A stretch of 44,685 bases of DNA from Malacoraja senta (lineage: Eukaryota): the NCBI GenBank assembly GCA_038087875.1, contig JAXLNO010000222.1, positions 1-44,685 on the forward strand, read 5' to 3'. The stretch's first letter is position 1, and every line of letters starts with the position of its first letter. The notes below the pieces were generated by a model, which saw only the letters and a list, made by a program, of their open reading frames with translations, was not told the DNA's origin and ran no database searches. Below are positions 11,539 through 22,588 of this stretch, in pieces. Both the position numbers and the translations under genes were made by a program.

Positions 11539-14500
11539 CTACCAGTGCCACATGTTAGTCAGAGTAGAAATAGGAGGATATTGCAGATGAATACGTGGCT
11601 TGAAAAATGGTGCAAGGGGGAGGGATTCAAATTTCTAGGGCATTGGAACCAGTTCTGGGGGAGCTGGGACCTGTACAAACAGGACGGTCTGCACCAGGGC
11701 TGGAATGGAACCAATGTCCTGGGGGAGTGTTTGCTAGTGCTGTCGGGGAGGATTTAAACTAATGTGGCAGGGGGATGGGAGCATGAGCAGAGAGACAGAG
11801 GGGTGTAAAATGAGGGTAGAAGCAATAGGTAGTAAGGTGAAAAGTAAAAGAGGCAGGCAGAAAAATCCAGGGGGAAAATCAAAAAGGGCCACTTTTCAAC
11901 ATAATTGTATAAGGGGTAAGAGTGTTGTAAAAACAAGCCTGAAGGCTTTGTGTCTCAATGCAAGGAGCATTCGTAATAAGGTGGATGAGTTGAATGTGCA
12001 GATAGTTATTAATGAATATGATATAGTTGGGATCACGGAGACATGGCTCCAGGATGACCAAGGCTGGGAGCTGAATATCCAGGGATATTCAATATTCAGG
12101 AGGGATAGACAGAAAGGAAAATGAGGTGGGGTAGCGTTGCTGGTTAGAGAGGAGATTAACGCAATAGAAAGGAAGGACATTAGCTTGGAGGATGTGGAAT
12201 CGATATGGGTAGAGCTGCGAAACACTAAGGGGCAGAAAACGCTAGTGGGAGTTGTGTACAGGCCACCTAACAGTAGTAGTGGAGTTGCGGATGGCATCAA
12301 ACGGGAAATTAGAAATGCGTGCAACAAAGGTAAAACAGTTATAATGGGTGACTTCAATCTACATATAGATTGGGTGAATCAAATTGGCAGGGGTGCTGAG
12401 GAAGAGGATTTCTTGGAATGTATGCGGGATAGTTTTCTAAACCAACATGTAGAGGAACCAATGAGAGAGCAGGCTATTCTAGACTGGGTATTGAGTAATG
12501 AGGAAGGGTTAGTTAGCAGTCTTGTTGTGCGTGGCCCCTTGGGCAAGAGTGACCATAATATGGTTGAGTTCTTCATTAGGATGGAGAGTGACATTGCTAA
12601 TTCAGAAACAAGGGTTCTGAACTTAAAGAAAGGTAACTTTGAGGGTATGAGACGTGAATTGGCGAAGATAGACTGGCAAGTGATTCTTAAAGGGTTGACG
12701 GTGGATATGCAATGGAAGGCATTTAAAGACCGCATGGATGAACTACAACAATTGTTCATCCCTGTTTGGCAAAAGAATAATTCAGGGAAGGTAGCGCATC
12801 CGTGGATAACAAGGGAAATCAGGGATAGTATCAAAACAAAAGATGAAGCATACAAATTAGCCAGAAAAAGCAGCCTACCAGAGGACTGGGAGAAATTCAG
12901 AGTCCAGCACAGGAGGGCAAAGGGCTTAATTAGGAAAGGAAAAATAGATTATGAAAGAAAACTGGCAGGGAAAGTAAAAACTGACTGCAAACATTTTTAT
13001 AGATATGTGAAGAGAAAAAGATTAGTTAAAACAAATGTAGGTCCCTTGCAGTCAGAAACAGGTGAATTGATCATGGGGAACAAGGACATGGCAGACCAAT
13101 TGAATGATGACTTTGGTTCTGTCTTCACTAAGGAAGACATAAATAATCTGCCGGAAACAGCAGGGGACCGGGGGTCAAATGAGATGGAGGAACTGAGTGA
13201 AATCCAGGTTAGCAGGGAAGTGGTATTAGGTAAATTGAATGGATTAAAGGCCGATAAATCCCCAGGACCAGATAGGCTGCATCCCAGAGTACTTAAGGAA
13301 GTAGCCCCAGAAATAGTGGATGCAATAGTGATAATTTTTCAAAACTCTTTAGATTCTGGAGTAGTTCCTGAGGATTGGAGGGTAGCTAATGTAACCCCAC
13401 TTTTTAAAAAGGGAGGGAGAGAGAAAACGGGGAATTACAGACCAGTTAGTCTAACATCGGTTGTGGGGGAAAATGCTAGTTATTAAAGATGGGATAGCAG
13501 CACATTTGGAAAGTGGTGAAATCATTGGATAAAGTCAGCATGGATTTATGAAAGGTAAATCATGTCTGATGAATCTTATAGAATTTTTTGAGGATGTAAC
13601 TAGTAGAGTGGATAAGGGAGAACCAGTGGATGTGTTATATCTGGACTTTCAGCAAGCTTTCGACAAGGTCCCACATAAGAGATTAGTATGCAAACTTAAA
13701 GCACACGGTATTTGGGGTTCAGTATTGATGTGGATAGAGAACTGGTTGGCAGACAGGAAGCAAAGAGTAGGAGTAAACGGGTCATTTTCTGTATGGCAGG
13801 CAGTGACTAGTGGGGTACCGCAAGGCTCAGTGCTGGGACCCCAGCTATTTACAATATATATTAATGAACTGGATGAGGGAATTGAATGCAACATCTCCAA
13901 GTTTGCGGATGACATGAAGCTGGGGGCAGTGTTAGCTGTGAGGAGGATGCTAGGAGGCTGCAAGGTGACTTGGATAGGCTGGGTGAGTGGGCAAATGCAT
14001 GGCAGATGCAGTATAATGTGGATAAAAACAGGAAAGTAGACTATTATCTGAATGGTGGCCGATTAGGAAAAGGGGAGATGCAACGAGACCTGGGTGTCAT
14101 GGTACACCAGTCATTGAAAGTAGGCATGCAGGTGCAGCAGGCATTGAAGAAATCGAATAGTATGTTAGCATTCATAGCAAAAGGATTTGTGTATAAGAGC
14201 AGGGAGGTTCTACTGCAGTTGTACAGGGTCTTGGTGAGGCCACACCTGGAGTATTGCGTACAGTTTTGGTCTCCTAATCTGAGGAAAGACATTGTTGCCA
14301 TGGAGGGAGTACAGAGAACGTTCACCAGACTGATTCCTGGGATGGCAGGACTTTCATATGAAGAAAGACTGGATAGACTCGGCTTGTACTCGCTAGAATT
14401 TAGAAGATTGAGGGCAGATCTTATAGAAACGTACAACATTCTTAAGGGTTTGGACAGGCTAGATGCAGGAGGATTGTTCCCAATGTTGGGGAAGTCCAGA

Positions 14501-14804
14501 ACAAGGGGTCACAGTTTAAGGATAAGGGGGAAGTCTTTTAGGACCGAGATGAGAAAATCATTTTTCACACCGAGAGTGGTGAATCTGTGGAATTCTCTGC
14601 CACAGAAGGTAGTTGAGGCCAGTTCATTGGCTATATTTAAGAAGGTGTTAGATGTGGCCCTTGTGGCTAAAGGGATCAGGGGGTATGGAGAGAAGGCAGG
14701 TACTGGATACTGAGTTGGATGATCAGCCATGATCATATTGAATGGCTCGAAGGGCCGAATGGCCTACTCCTGCACCTATTATCTAAGTTTCTATGTTTCT
14801 ATGT
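11539..14804 (+). mobile_element. CR1-clade (HER1-like) LINE, copy A, 5'-truncated within ORF1
   Basis: End of esterase-type ORF1 (LPVPH...DGLH); ORF2 with APE (GITETWL, GDFN, SDH) and RT ([14 protein letters not shown]) carrying a stop at 12122-12124 and frameshifts; (TTTCTATG)n-type tail. Confidence 0.93.
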
Positions 14805-15324
14805 CAACTCCAGCAAAAGGCTCCAATAAAGGCAGAAGGAGCGGCGTGTTAAACCAGGCTGGGAAAACCTGGTAGCGTGACCTGCACTGTAAAGCTCCAG
14901 CAAGGCTCTAAAGTGGCTGTAGGCCGAAGAAGTATGCTGTCCCATTGGGCTCCGGAATGCTGGCAGGCGTGCCTCGCACAGCAATATCGCCCATGAGCTC
15001 CGGAAATGAGCTGTTTGGCAACGTGGGGTTGATGATGTGGTCAGATGGGTCTGCAATGGAACTTCGCTAAAGCTCCAACAAGCAGGTCGACCTGGGCTCA
15101 GAAACACTGGCAGGTAAGGTCTCTTTATTAACTGCCGTAAACTCCGAAATGGAGCAGTCTGTCGCCCCAGGTTTGCATTCACTGGCAGCATGGGCTGTCT
15201 TGTATTTTTCCACAGTCTATGGACAGATAGAAACATAGAAACATAGAAATTAGGTGCAGGAGTAGGCCATTCGGCCCTTCGAGCCTGCACCGCCATTCAA
15301 TATGATCATGGCTGATCATCCAAC

Positions 15325-18300
15325 TTAGTATCCCGTACCTGCCTTCTCTCCATACCCTCTGATCCCTTTAGCCACAAGGGCCACATCTAACTCCTTCTTA
15401 AATATAGCCAATGAACTGGCCTCGACTACCCTCTGTGGCAGAGAGTTCCAGAGATTCACCACTCTCTGTGTGAAAAAAGTTCTTCTCATCTCGGTTTTAA
15501 AGGATTTCCCCCTTATCCTTAAGCTGTGACCCCTTGTCCTGGACTTCCCCAACATCGGGAGCAATCTTCCTGCATCTAGCCTGTCCAACCCCTTAAGAAT
15601 TTTGTAAGTTTCTATAAGATCCCCTCTCAATCTCCTAAATTCTAGAGAGTATAAACCAAGTCTATCCAGTCTTTCTTCATAAGACAGTCCTGACATCCCA
15701 GGAATCAGTCTGGTGAACCTTCTCTGCACTCCCTCTATGGCAATAATGTCCTTTCTCAGATTTGGAGACCAAAACTGTACGCAATACTCCAGGTGTGGTC
15801 TCACCAAGACCCTGTACAACTGCAGTAGAACCTCCCTGCTCCTATACTCAAATCCTTTTGCTATGAAAGCTAACATACCATTCGCTTTCTTCACTGCCTA
15901 CTGCACCTGCATGCCTACTTTCAATGACTGGTGTACCATGACACCCAGGTCTCGCTGCATCTCCCCTTTTCCTAGTCGGCCACCATTTAGATAATAGTCT
16001 GCTTTCCTGTTTTTGCCATCAAAATGGATAACCTCACATTTATCCACATTATACTGCATCTGCCAAACATTTGCCCACTCACCCAGCCTATCCAAGTCAC
16101 CTTGCAGTCTCCTAGCATCCTCCTCACAGCTAACACTGCCCCCCAGCTTACTGTCATCCGCAAACTTGGAGATATTGCCTTCAATTCCCTCATCCAGGTC
16201 ATTAATATATATTGTAAATAGCTGGGGTCCCAGCACTGAGCCTTGCGGTACCCCACTAGTCACTGCCTGCCATTGTGAAAAGGACCCGTTTACTCCTACT
16301 CTTTGTTTCCTGTTTGCCAGCCAGTTCTCTATCCACATCAATACTGAACCCCCAATGCCATGTGCTTTAAGTTTGTATACTAATCTCTTATGTGGGACCT
16401 TGTCGAAAGCCTTCTGGAAGTCCAGATACACCACATCCACTGGTTCTCCCCTATCCACGCTACTAGTTACATCCTCGAAAAATTCTATAAGATTCGTCAG
16501 ACATGATTTACCTTTCGTAAATCCATGCTGACTTTGTCCAATGATTTCACCACTTTCCAAATGTGCTGCTATCCCATCTTTAATAACTGACTCTAGCAGT
16601 TTCCCCACTACCGATGTTAGACTAACTGGTCTGTAATTCCCCGTTTTCTCTCTCCCTCCCTTCTTAAAAAGTGGGGTTACGTTTGCTACCCGCCAATCCC
16701 CAGGAACTACTCCAGAATCTAAAGAGTATTGAAAGATTATTACTAATGCATCCACTATTTCTGGAGCTACTTCCTTAAGTACTCTGGGATGCAGCCTATC
16801 TGGCCCTGGGGATTTATCGGCCTTTAATCCATTCAATTTACCCAAAAGCACTTCCCGACTAACCTGGATTTCACTCAATTCCTCCAACTCCTTTGACCCG
16901 CGGTCCCCTGCTATTTCCGGCAGATTATTTATGTCTTCCTTAGTGAAGACGGAACCAAAGTAGTTATTCAATTGGTCCGCCATACCCTTGTTCCCCATGA
17001 TCAACTCACCTGTTTCTGACTGCAAGGGACCTACATTTGTTTTAACTAATCTCTTTCTTTTTACATATCTATAAAAACTTTTGCAGTCAGTTTTTATGTT
17101 CCCTGCCAGTTTTCTTTCATAATCTATTTTTCCTTTCCTAATTAAGCCCTTTGTCCTCCTCTGCTGGTCTCTGAATTTCTCCCAGTCCTCCGGTATGCAG
17201 CTTTTTCTGGCTAATTTGTACGCATCATCCTTCGCTTTGATACCATCCCTGATTTCCCTTGTTATCCACGGATGCACTACCTTCCCTGATTTATTCTTTT
17301 GCCAAACTGGGATGAACAATTTTTGTAGTTCATCCATGCAGTCTTTAAATGTCTTCGATTGCATGTCCACCGTCAACCCTTTTAGAATTAATTGCCAGTC
17401 AATCTTGGCCAATTCACGTCTCATACCCTCAAAGTTACCTTTCTTTAAGTTCAGAACCATTGTTTCTGAATTAACAATGTCACTCTCCATCCTAATGAAG
17501 AACTCAACCATATTATGGTCACTCTTGCCCAAGGGGGCACGTACAAAAAAACTGCTAACTAACCCTTCCTCATTACTCAATACGCAGTCTAAAATAGCCT
17601 GCTCTCTCGTTGGTTCCTCTACATGTTGATTTAGATAACTATCCCGCATACATTCCAAGAAATTCTCTTCCTCAGCACCCCTGCCAATTTGATTCACCCA
17701 ATCTATATGTAGATTGAAGTCACCCATTATAACTGTTTTGCCTTTGTCGCACGCATTTCTAATTTCCTGTTTGATATCATCTCCAACTTCACTACTACTG
17801 TTAGGTGGCCTGTACACAACACCCACCAGCGTTTTCTGGCCCATAGTGTTTCGCAGCTCTACCCATACCGATTCCACATCCTCGAACCTAATGTCCTTCC
17901 TTTCCATTGTGTTAATCTCCTCTCTAATCAGCAACGCTACCCCACCTCCTTTTCCTTTCTCTCTATCCCTCCTGAATATTGAATATCCCTGGATGTTCAG
18001 CTCCCAGCCTTGGTCACCCTGGAGCCATGTCTCCGTGATCCCAACTATATCATAGTCATTAATAGCTATCTGCACATTCAACTCATCCACCTTATTACGA
18101 ATGCTCATTGCATTGAGACACAAAGCCTTCAGGCTTGTTTTTACAACACTCTTACCCCTTATACAATTATGTTGAAAAGTGGCCCTTTTTGATTTTTGCC
18201 CTGGTTTTGTCTGTCTTCCACTTTTACTTTTCACCTTGCTACCTATTGCTTCTACCCTCATTTTACACTCCTCTGTCTCTACGCTCACACATTTAAGAAA

Positions 18301-18366
18301 CCCTTTCCCTTTAACTCCATCCTCCACTATCCCATTCGACACCCCACCCCCCTTATTCAGTTTAAA
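15325..18366 (-). pseudogene. CR1 copy B ORF2 (APE + RT) with one premature stop
   Basis: ORFs 15898-18417 and 15325-15894 are in the same frame, separated only by TAG at 15898-15900. Copies A and C have CAG (Q) at this position. Confidence 0.92.
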
Positions 18367-19283
18367 ACCACCCGTGTAGCAGTGGCAAACCTGCCTGCCA
18401 GAATGCTGGTCCCACACCTGTTAAGATGCAATCCGTCCCTTTTGTACAGTTCCCCCTTACCCCAAAACAGATCCCAGTGATCTAAGAATCTAAATCCCTG
18501 CCCTGTGCACCAGTTCCTGAGCCACACGTTCAGGTCCCGTATCTCCCTGTTCCTGCTCTCGCCAGCACGAGGAACTGGAAGCAAACCGGAGATAACAACC
18601 CTGGAGGTCCTGCTTTTCAGCATTTTTCCGAGCTCTCTAAAGTCACGCTGCAGAATATTCATCCCATTCTTTCCGACATCGTTTGTGCCGACATGCACTA
18701 CCACTTCCGGATGTTCACCTTCGCCCTTGAGGATTTTCTGCACTCTGTCCGTGACATCCTGGATCCTGGCACCAGGAAGGCAGCACACCATCCTCGCATC
18801 CCGTCTGTTGCCACAGAAACCCCTGTCCGTATCTCTCACAATGGAGTCTCCCACTACAATGGCGTTGCCCGCCTTAGGCCTTTTTGGTTTTGGCTCAACA
18901 GCCCTATTCGCATCGCAAGCCAGTCCGCCGCTCAGTGTAAACACGTCTTCTGTCCCAACAGCTTCTAAGTGGGTGAACCTGTTCACAAGAGGTACAACAC
19001 CCGGGGACGTTGGCATTCCATGCTTCCCTCCCTTTCTCACCGTCTCCCACCTTCTCTCTTCCAGTACCTTAGGTGTAACAATCGTACTGTAGGACTTGTC
19101 GAGGAACGACTCCGTTTCTCGGACGAACCGGAGGTCATCCACTTGCTTCTCCAGTTCCCCAACACGGCCCTTCAGGAGCTCTACCTGGATGCACTTCTCG
19201 CATTTGTAGCAGCCAGAGACACCAGCGGTGTCCTTGACCTCCCACATACTGCAAGCATCGCACTGAATCAGCTTGCCTGACAT
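18357..19283 (-). CDS. CR1 ORF1p (C-x2-C zinc finger, coiled coil, SGNH esterase domain), 308 aa, intact
   Basis: CDAC...CEKC, leucine heptads, and SGNH blocks VGDS, VGTND and DGLH. Confidence 0.88.
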   Translation of the reverse strand: MSGKLIQCDACSMWEVKDTAGVSGCYKCEKCIQVELLKGRVGELEKQVDDLRFVRETESFLDKSYSTIVTPKVLEERRWETVRKGGKHGMPTSPGVVPLVNRFTHLEAVGTEDVFTLSGGLACDANRAVEPKPKRPKAGNAIVVGDSIVRDTDRGFCGNRRDARMVCCLPGARIQDVTDRVQKILKGEGEHPEVVVHVGTNDVGKNGMNILQRDFRELGKMLKSRTSRVVISGLLPVPRAGESRNREIRDLNVWLRNWCTGQGFRFLDHWDLFWGKGELYKRDGLHLNRCGTSILAGRFATATRVVLN

Positions 19284-20136
19284 CTCCTTCTTTCGTCTCT
19301 ACCTCTCAAGCGTATTGCGTGGTCTCCTCTCCTCAGCCTCCTCGCCGAAGACTCTTGAGCCAAAGACTCACACTTTACTCACAGGGCACTTCCCTCACAA
19401 GACCGCTCACTCACTGCCGCTCGCTAAGAGCCGTCTTGCTTAAATTGACGGATAAATTGCCTGATTTACCAATTTACAAACAAAATTCCTCAGTTTTCAA
19501 CTGTTTTCCCGGCACTGACTCACTTCTCTCCTCAGGTTGATGCGGAGACATTGGCAGGGTGCCTTGCATGGCAACCTCTGTAAGCTCTAAGTTGGAAATG
19601 GCTGATTATATGGATCATATTGACCAGGGAAGCTCTGCCTCAACATCTGTGATTGAGGTTATCTAGCTGCTCAGTAGAGTGAGGTGTTTGAGGTTTCCCT
19701 CAACACATGTTTAATTCTTTCAGCTCAGTTAAGTAGAGTTGCCAGTTCGTTGGAAACTTCATTGCCATCCTCTCTAGGATAAGTAGCTACCAGCAGAAAG
19801 CCGGTCTGGCATGTAGTATTTTTTATCTGACCTGCAGGTTCATGTTGTGAATAAAAATATATATACAATAATCTGTAGGCTCTCAATACCAATATTCCGG
19901 ATTGAGTGGCTGGTCGAAGACAGCGTGTTGCGCACACTGGCGACTGAGAGGTGGTTTCAGTCAGAGGACTGCGGGGCAACTACTGGTTCAGGGTTGCATT
20001 ATGCTATTTCCACTCTGAGGAAGAAGGTTTCGTGGTGACTCTGACAGTCTAGAGTTGACAGGGAACGTGTGTTCCCACATCAACTGGATGTTGCGTTTCA
20101 GCTCTAGTCATCAGATCTGATTATATGTTATGAGCA

Positions 20137-20139
20137 AAA

Positions 20140-20170
<31 letters not shown>

Positions 20171-20172
20171 AT
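20137..20172 (+). repeat. (AAAT)n microsatellite
   Basis: About 9 tandem AAAT units. Confidence 0.9.
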
Positions 20173-22588
20173 GAATAAGTAGATAAATGCATCTTCCGTG
20201 GCATGAGAAGCCAAAAGTTTCCTCCATATGGTCAATAAAGGGAATGATGGTTATCCAAGTGGATACAGAGACGTCTAGTCTGATCATGTGCCTCGTTACG
20301 CACTTTTAGATGGATAATTGTTTTCGGCAATTAGCTGATTTAGAGGATGAGGGCCTCAATAGATCTTGAAGATGCATACTTTGCCATATCTATTCACGAG
20401 AGGCACAGATATATCTGGTGTTTTGATGACAAAGCCAGTGGTGCGAAGTCTAGGCTCTACCTAGGGGTTGTCTTCAGGCCTAGGCTATTTACAAAGATTC
20501 TAATGCTGCCCTACTCAGATCAAAAGGGCATTGTGTCATGAAGTTTATAGACAACACGCAAATGTTGTAGCTGATAAGACTCAGGGGTTTATCTGTAGAT
20601 GCCTCTTAAGATATTAAGGATGAGGCAACATGAAATTTAATAATGCCAAATTTGCCTACTCATTCAGAGTGTCCATGGTAAGGCGGCTGAAAGAAGCTCC
20701 TATTTACTCGAAGTCACGAGTGATGGCTAGCTCAGCCTATTTCTCGTGCAACTAGCTCTGCTCAATTGTATGGGGATTTGTGGAGAAGACATGTGAGGTA
20801 CTTTTAAACAGAAGTAGCAGAGCTTTGTGTTTCTTTCAGTTTGCGCTCAGAGAAGCGATTATGTTATAGTACAATTGACACTGTTTGAGCTGCTTTGTCA
20901 TTCTCTATAGTACCATAAGTGGGACAATAAATGATTGGTTATTCTCCCGTTGTTGACTAACATTATGCAAGGTGTCTTTTATATGATTGCTCTAAAGCCT
21001 AGACTCATAGTAGTGTGGAATATATATCAGTAAATTGTTATGCAGATATTCATCTACTGTTTTCCTAATGGGAGCAGAATCTTTTAAGTTGATTATGCTT
21101 TAGCAGCTGATTCAGCACAAAGAACACACCCTTTAATCTCTGGCTCAGTCTCTGGGTCATAACTGACATTGGGGTAGCTTGTTATGGGAATGATCTCATA
21201 AAGCTAAACAGGCAGGGTTGGGTACAAGTTGGAGTTGACAGCATACCCACCAGATCGGAGATTGGGGGTGTTATTATGTATACAGGTACACTGAGCTTGC
21301 TGGTACCTATGCGATGAAGGATACTTTCTTCATTATTAATTAATAGTTTTCAAGAGATTGTTGGTGGCTCATTAGCAGCCAATAGAATGGATATTCCCAT
21401 TTGTCCATCTTCTTGCAACAGCAGGAGGTTTACATAGTGCACTTTCAAATGTTATAACATTTTGGTTGAATATGCCTGGATGATTGCAGATAGAATTTTG
21501 TACAGTGGTGCATGAGTTATTACCTAATTCAAAGCCAATTGGGACTATGGTTCGATTAAGAGCAATGGCCATGTATGCAAGTTAGCATCATGTTGTTAAT
21601 AACCCATGTCTTTCTACCATTTATGGATTATCTGTTTAAGTGTTTCACACACAGATTGGGTTACTGCATGAAACCACATAGCTTTGAAAGCTTCACGTAG
21701 TTACTCACGTGACTTCGAAATAAAATAGAAAGATTAAACGAGAACTTACCGTTTGAAGTTTGATCTTTATTTTATGAGAAGTTGAAGTGAGGGATTACGT
21801 GCCCTCCACTCCTAACCCTGATTCTCATAAAGATCATCCGGTAGGTCTATGCTCGTTAATCTTTCTATAGTTTAAGTTCAGCAACTGGTCTGTGGTTTCA
21901 TACAGTTGCTCTGAAGATTGACGCGCATGCGGGCTGGCAGGCTCTTCATGTAATCCCCCACTTCAACTTCTCATAAAATAAATATCAAACTTCAAACGGT
22001 AAGTTCTCGTTTAATCTTTCTATTAAAGGTCAGTACACACACACAAGCCACTTAAGCCAGTGAAACAAATCATGGTGGTTTATGACAGATGTTCACAAAG
22101 TCAAGAAATGAGGGCCAGTTTCTTTTGGTGCATTAATGACAAGATAACCAGAAAGTTGAAAATCAAATTTTCTATTCTAAAACAAACCACACGTTAGCAA
22201 AGAAGTTACAATCAGTATTTGTTGCTCATCTGCACTTTGCATTCTTTTTTTAACTTTCCTGATGAGCTCAGATCAAAACTACAGTATGCACAGTATATCA
22301 ATTGAGCCTTATTTCTAGATCTATTATAAAGCACACTGCAATTATTGTTAATAATAAGGCAATGACAACAACAACAAAAATCAGTGGTGTACAAAATCAT
22401 GTTTTATGTTTTGCAATATAATCAGGCTCTATGTTTTGCAATATAATTTTTCAAATGTTGTAATTTTATTGAGAAAGCTTTAGGAATTACAGCAAGCACA
22501 ATTAAAACCAAAAACATGTTTTTTGGATGTTAAACTAATAAGAACTGTACATGATACACATGCTCCAGCCCAATGTACTAATTATTTT

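Larger units (their letters stand above)
15227..19532 (-). mobile_element. CR1-clade (HER1-like) LINE, copy B, apparently full length
   Basis: About 250 bp 5' UTR, intact ORF1, ORF2 with a single nonsense codon, and a 3' UTR ending in (TTTCTATG)n at 15227-15249. The 5' boundary is approximate. Confidence 0.93.
9749..22024 (+). mobile_element. DIRS-like element copy 2 (degenerate/non-autonomous), complete termini, carrying two CR1 insertions
   Basis: Left ITR 9765-9799 is complementary to right ITR 21917-21951. ICR 21691-21801 is complementary to the left end and to the right extension 21947-22024. ATT occurs at both ends. RT remnant ASIDLEDAY...PRLFTKIL (20347-20541) and YR remnants (~20850-21280: YSTIDT..AALS, SAQR, AYPPDRRL). 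Confidence 0.88.

Noticed and set aside
9670..11551. Cluster of short Ala/Arg/Pro-rich ORFs
   Set aside because: They arise from GC-rich repetitive DIRS 5' sequence and show no domain signature.
11896..19092. Long antisense ORFs over the CR1 copies (e.g. 11896-12357, 12379-12855, 16013-16531, 18505-19092)
   Set aside because: Shadow ORFs of LINE coding strands with no recognisable motifs.
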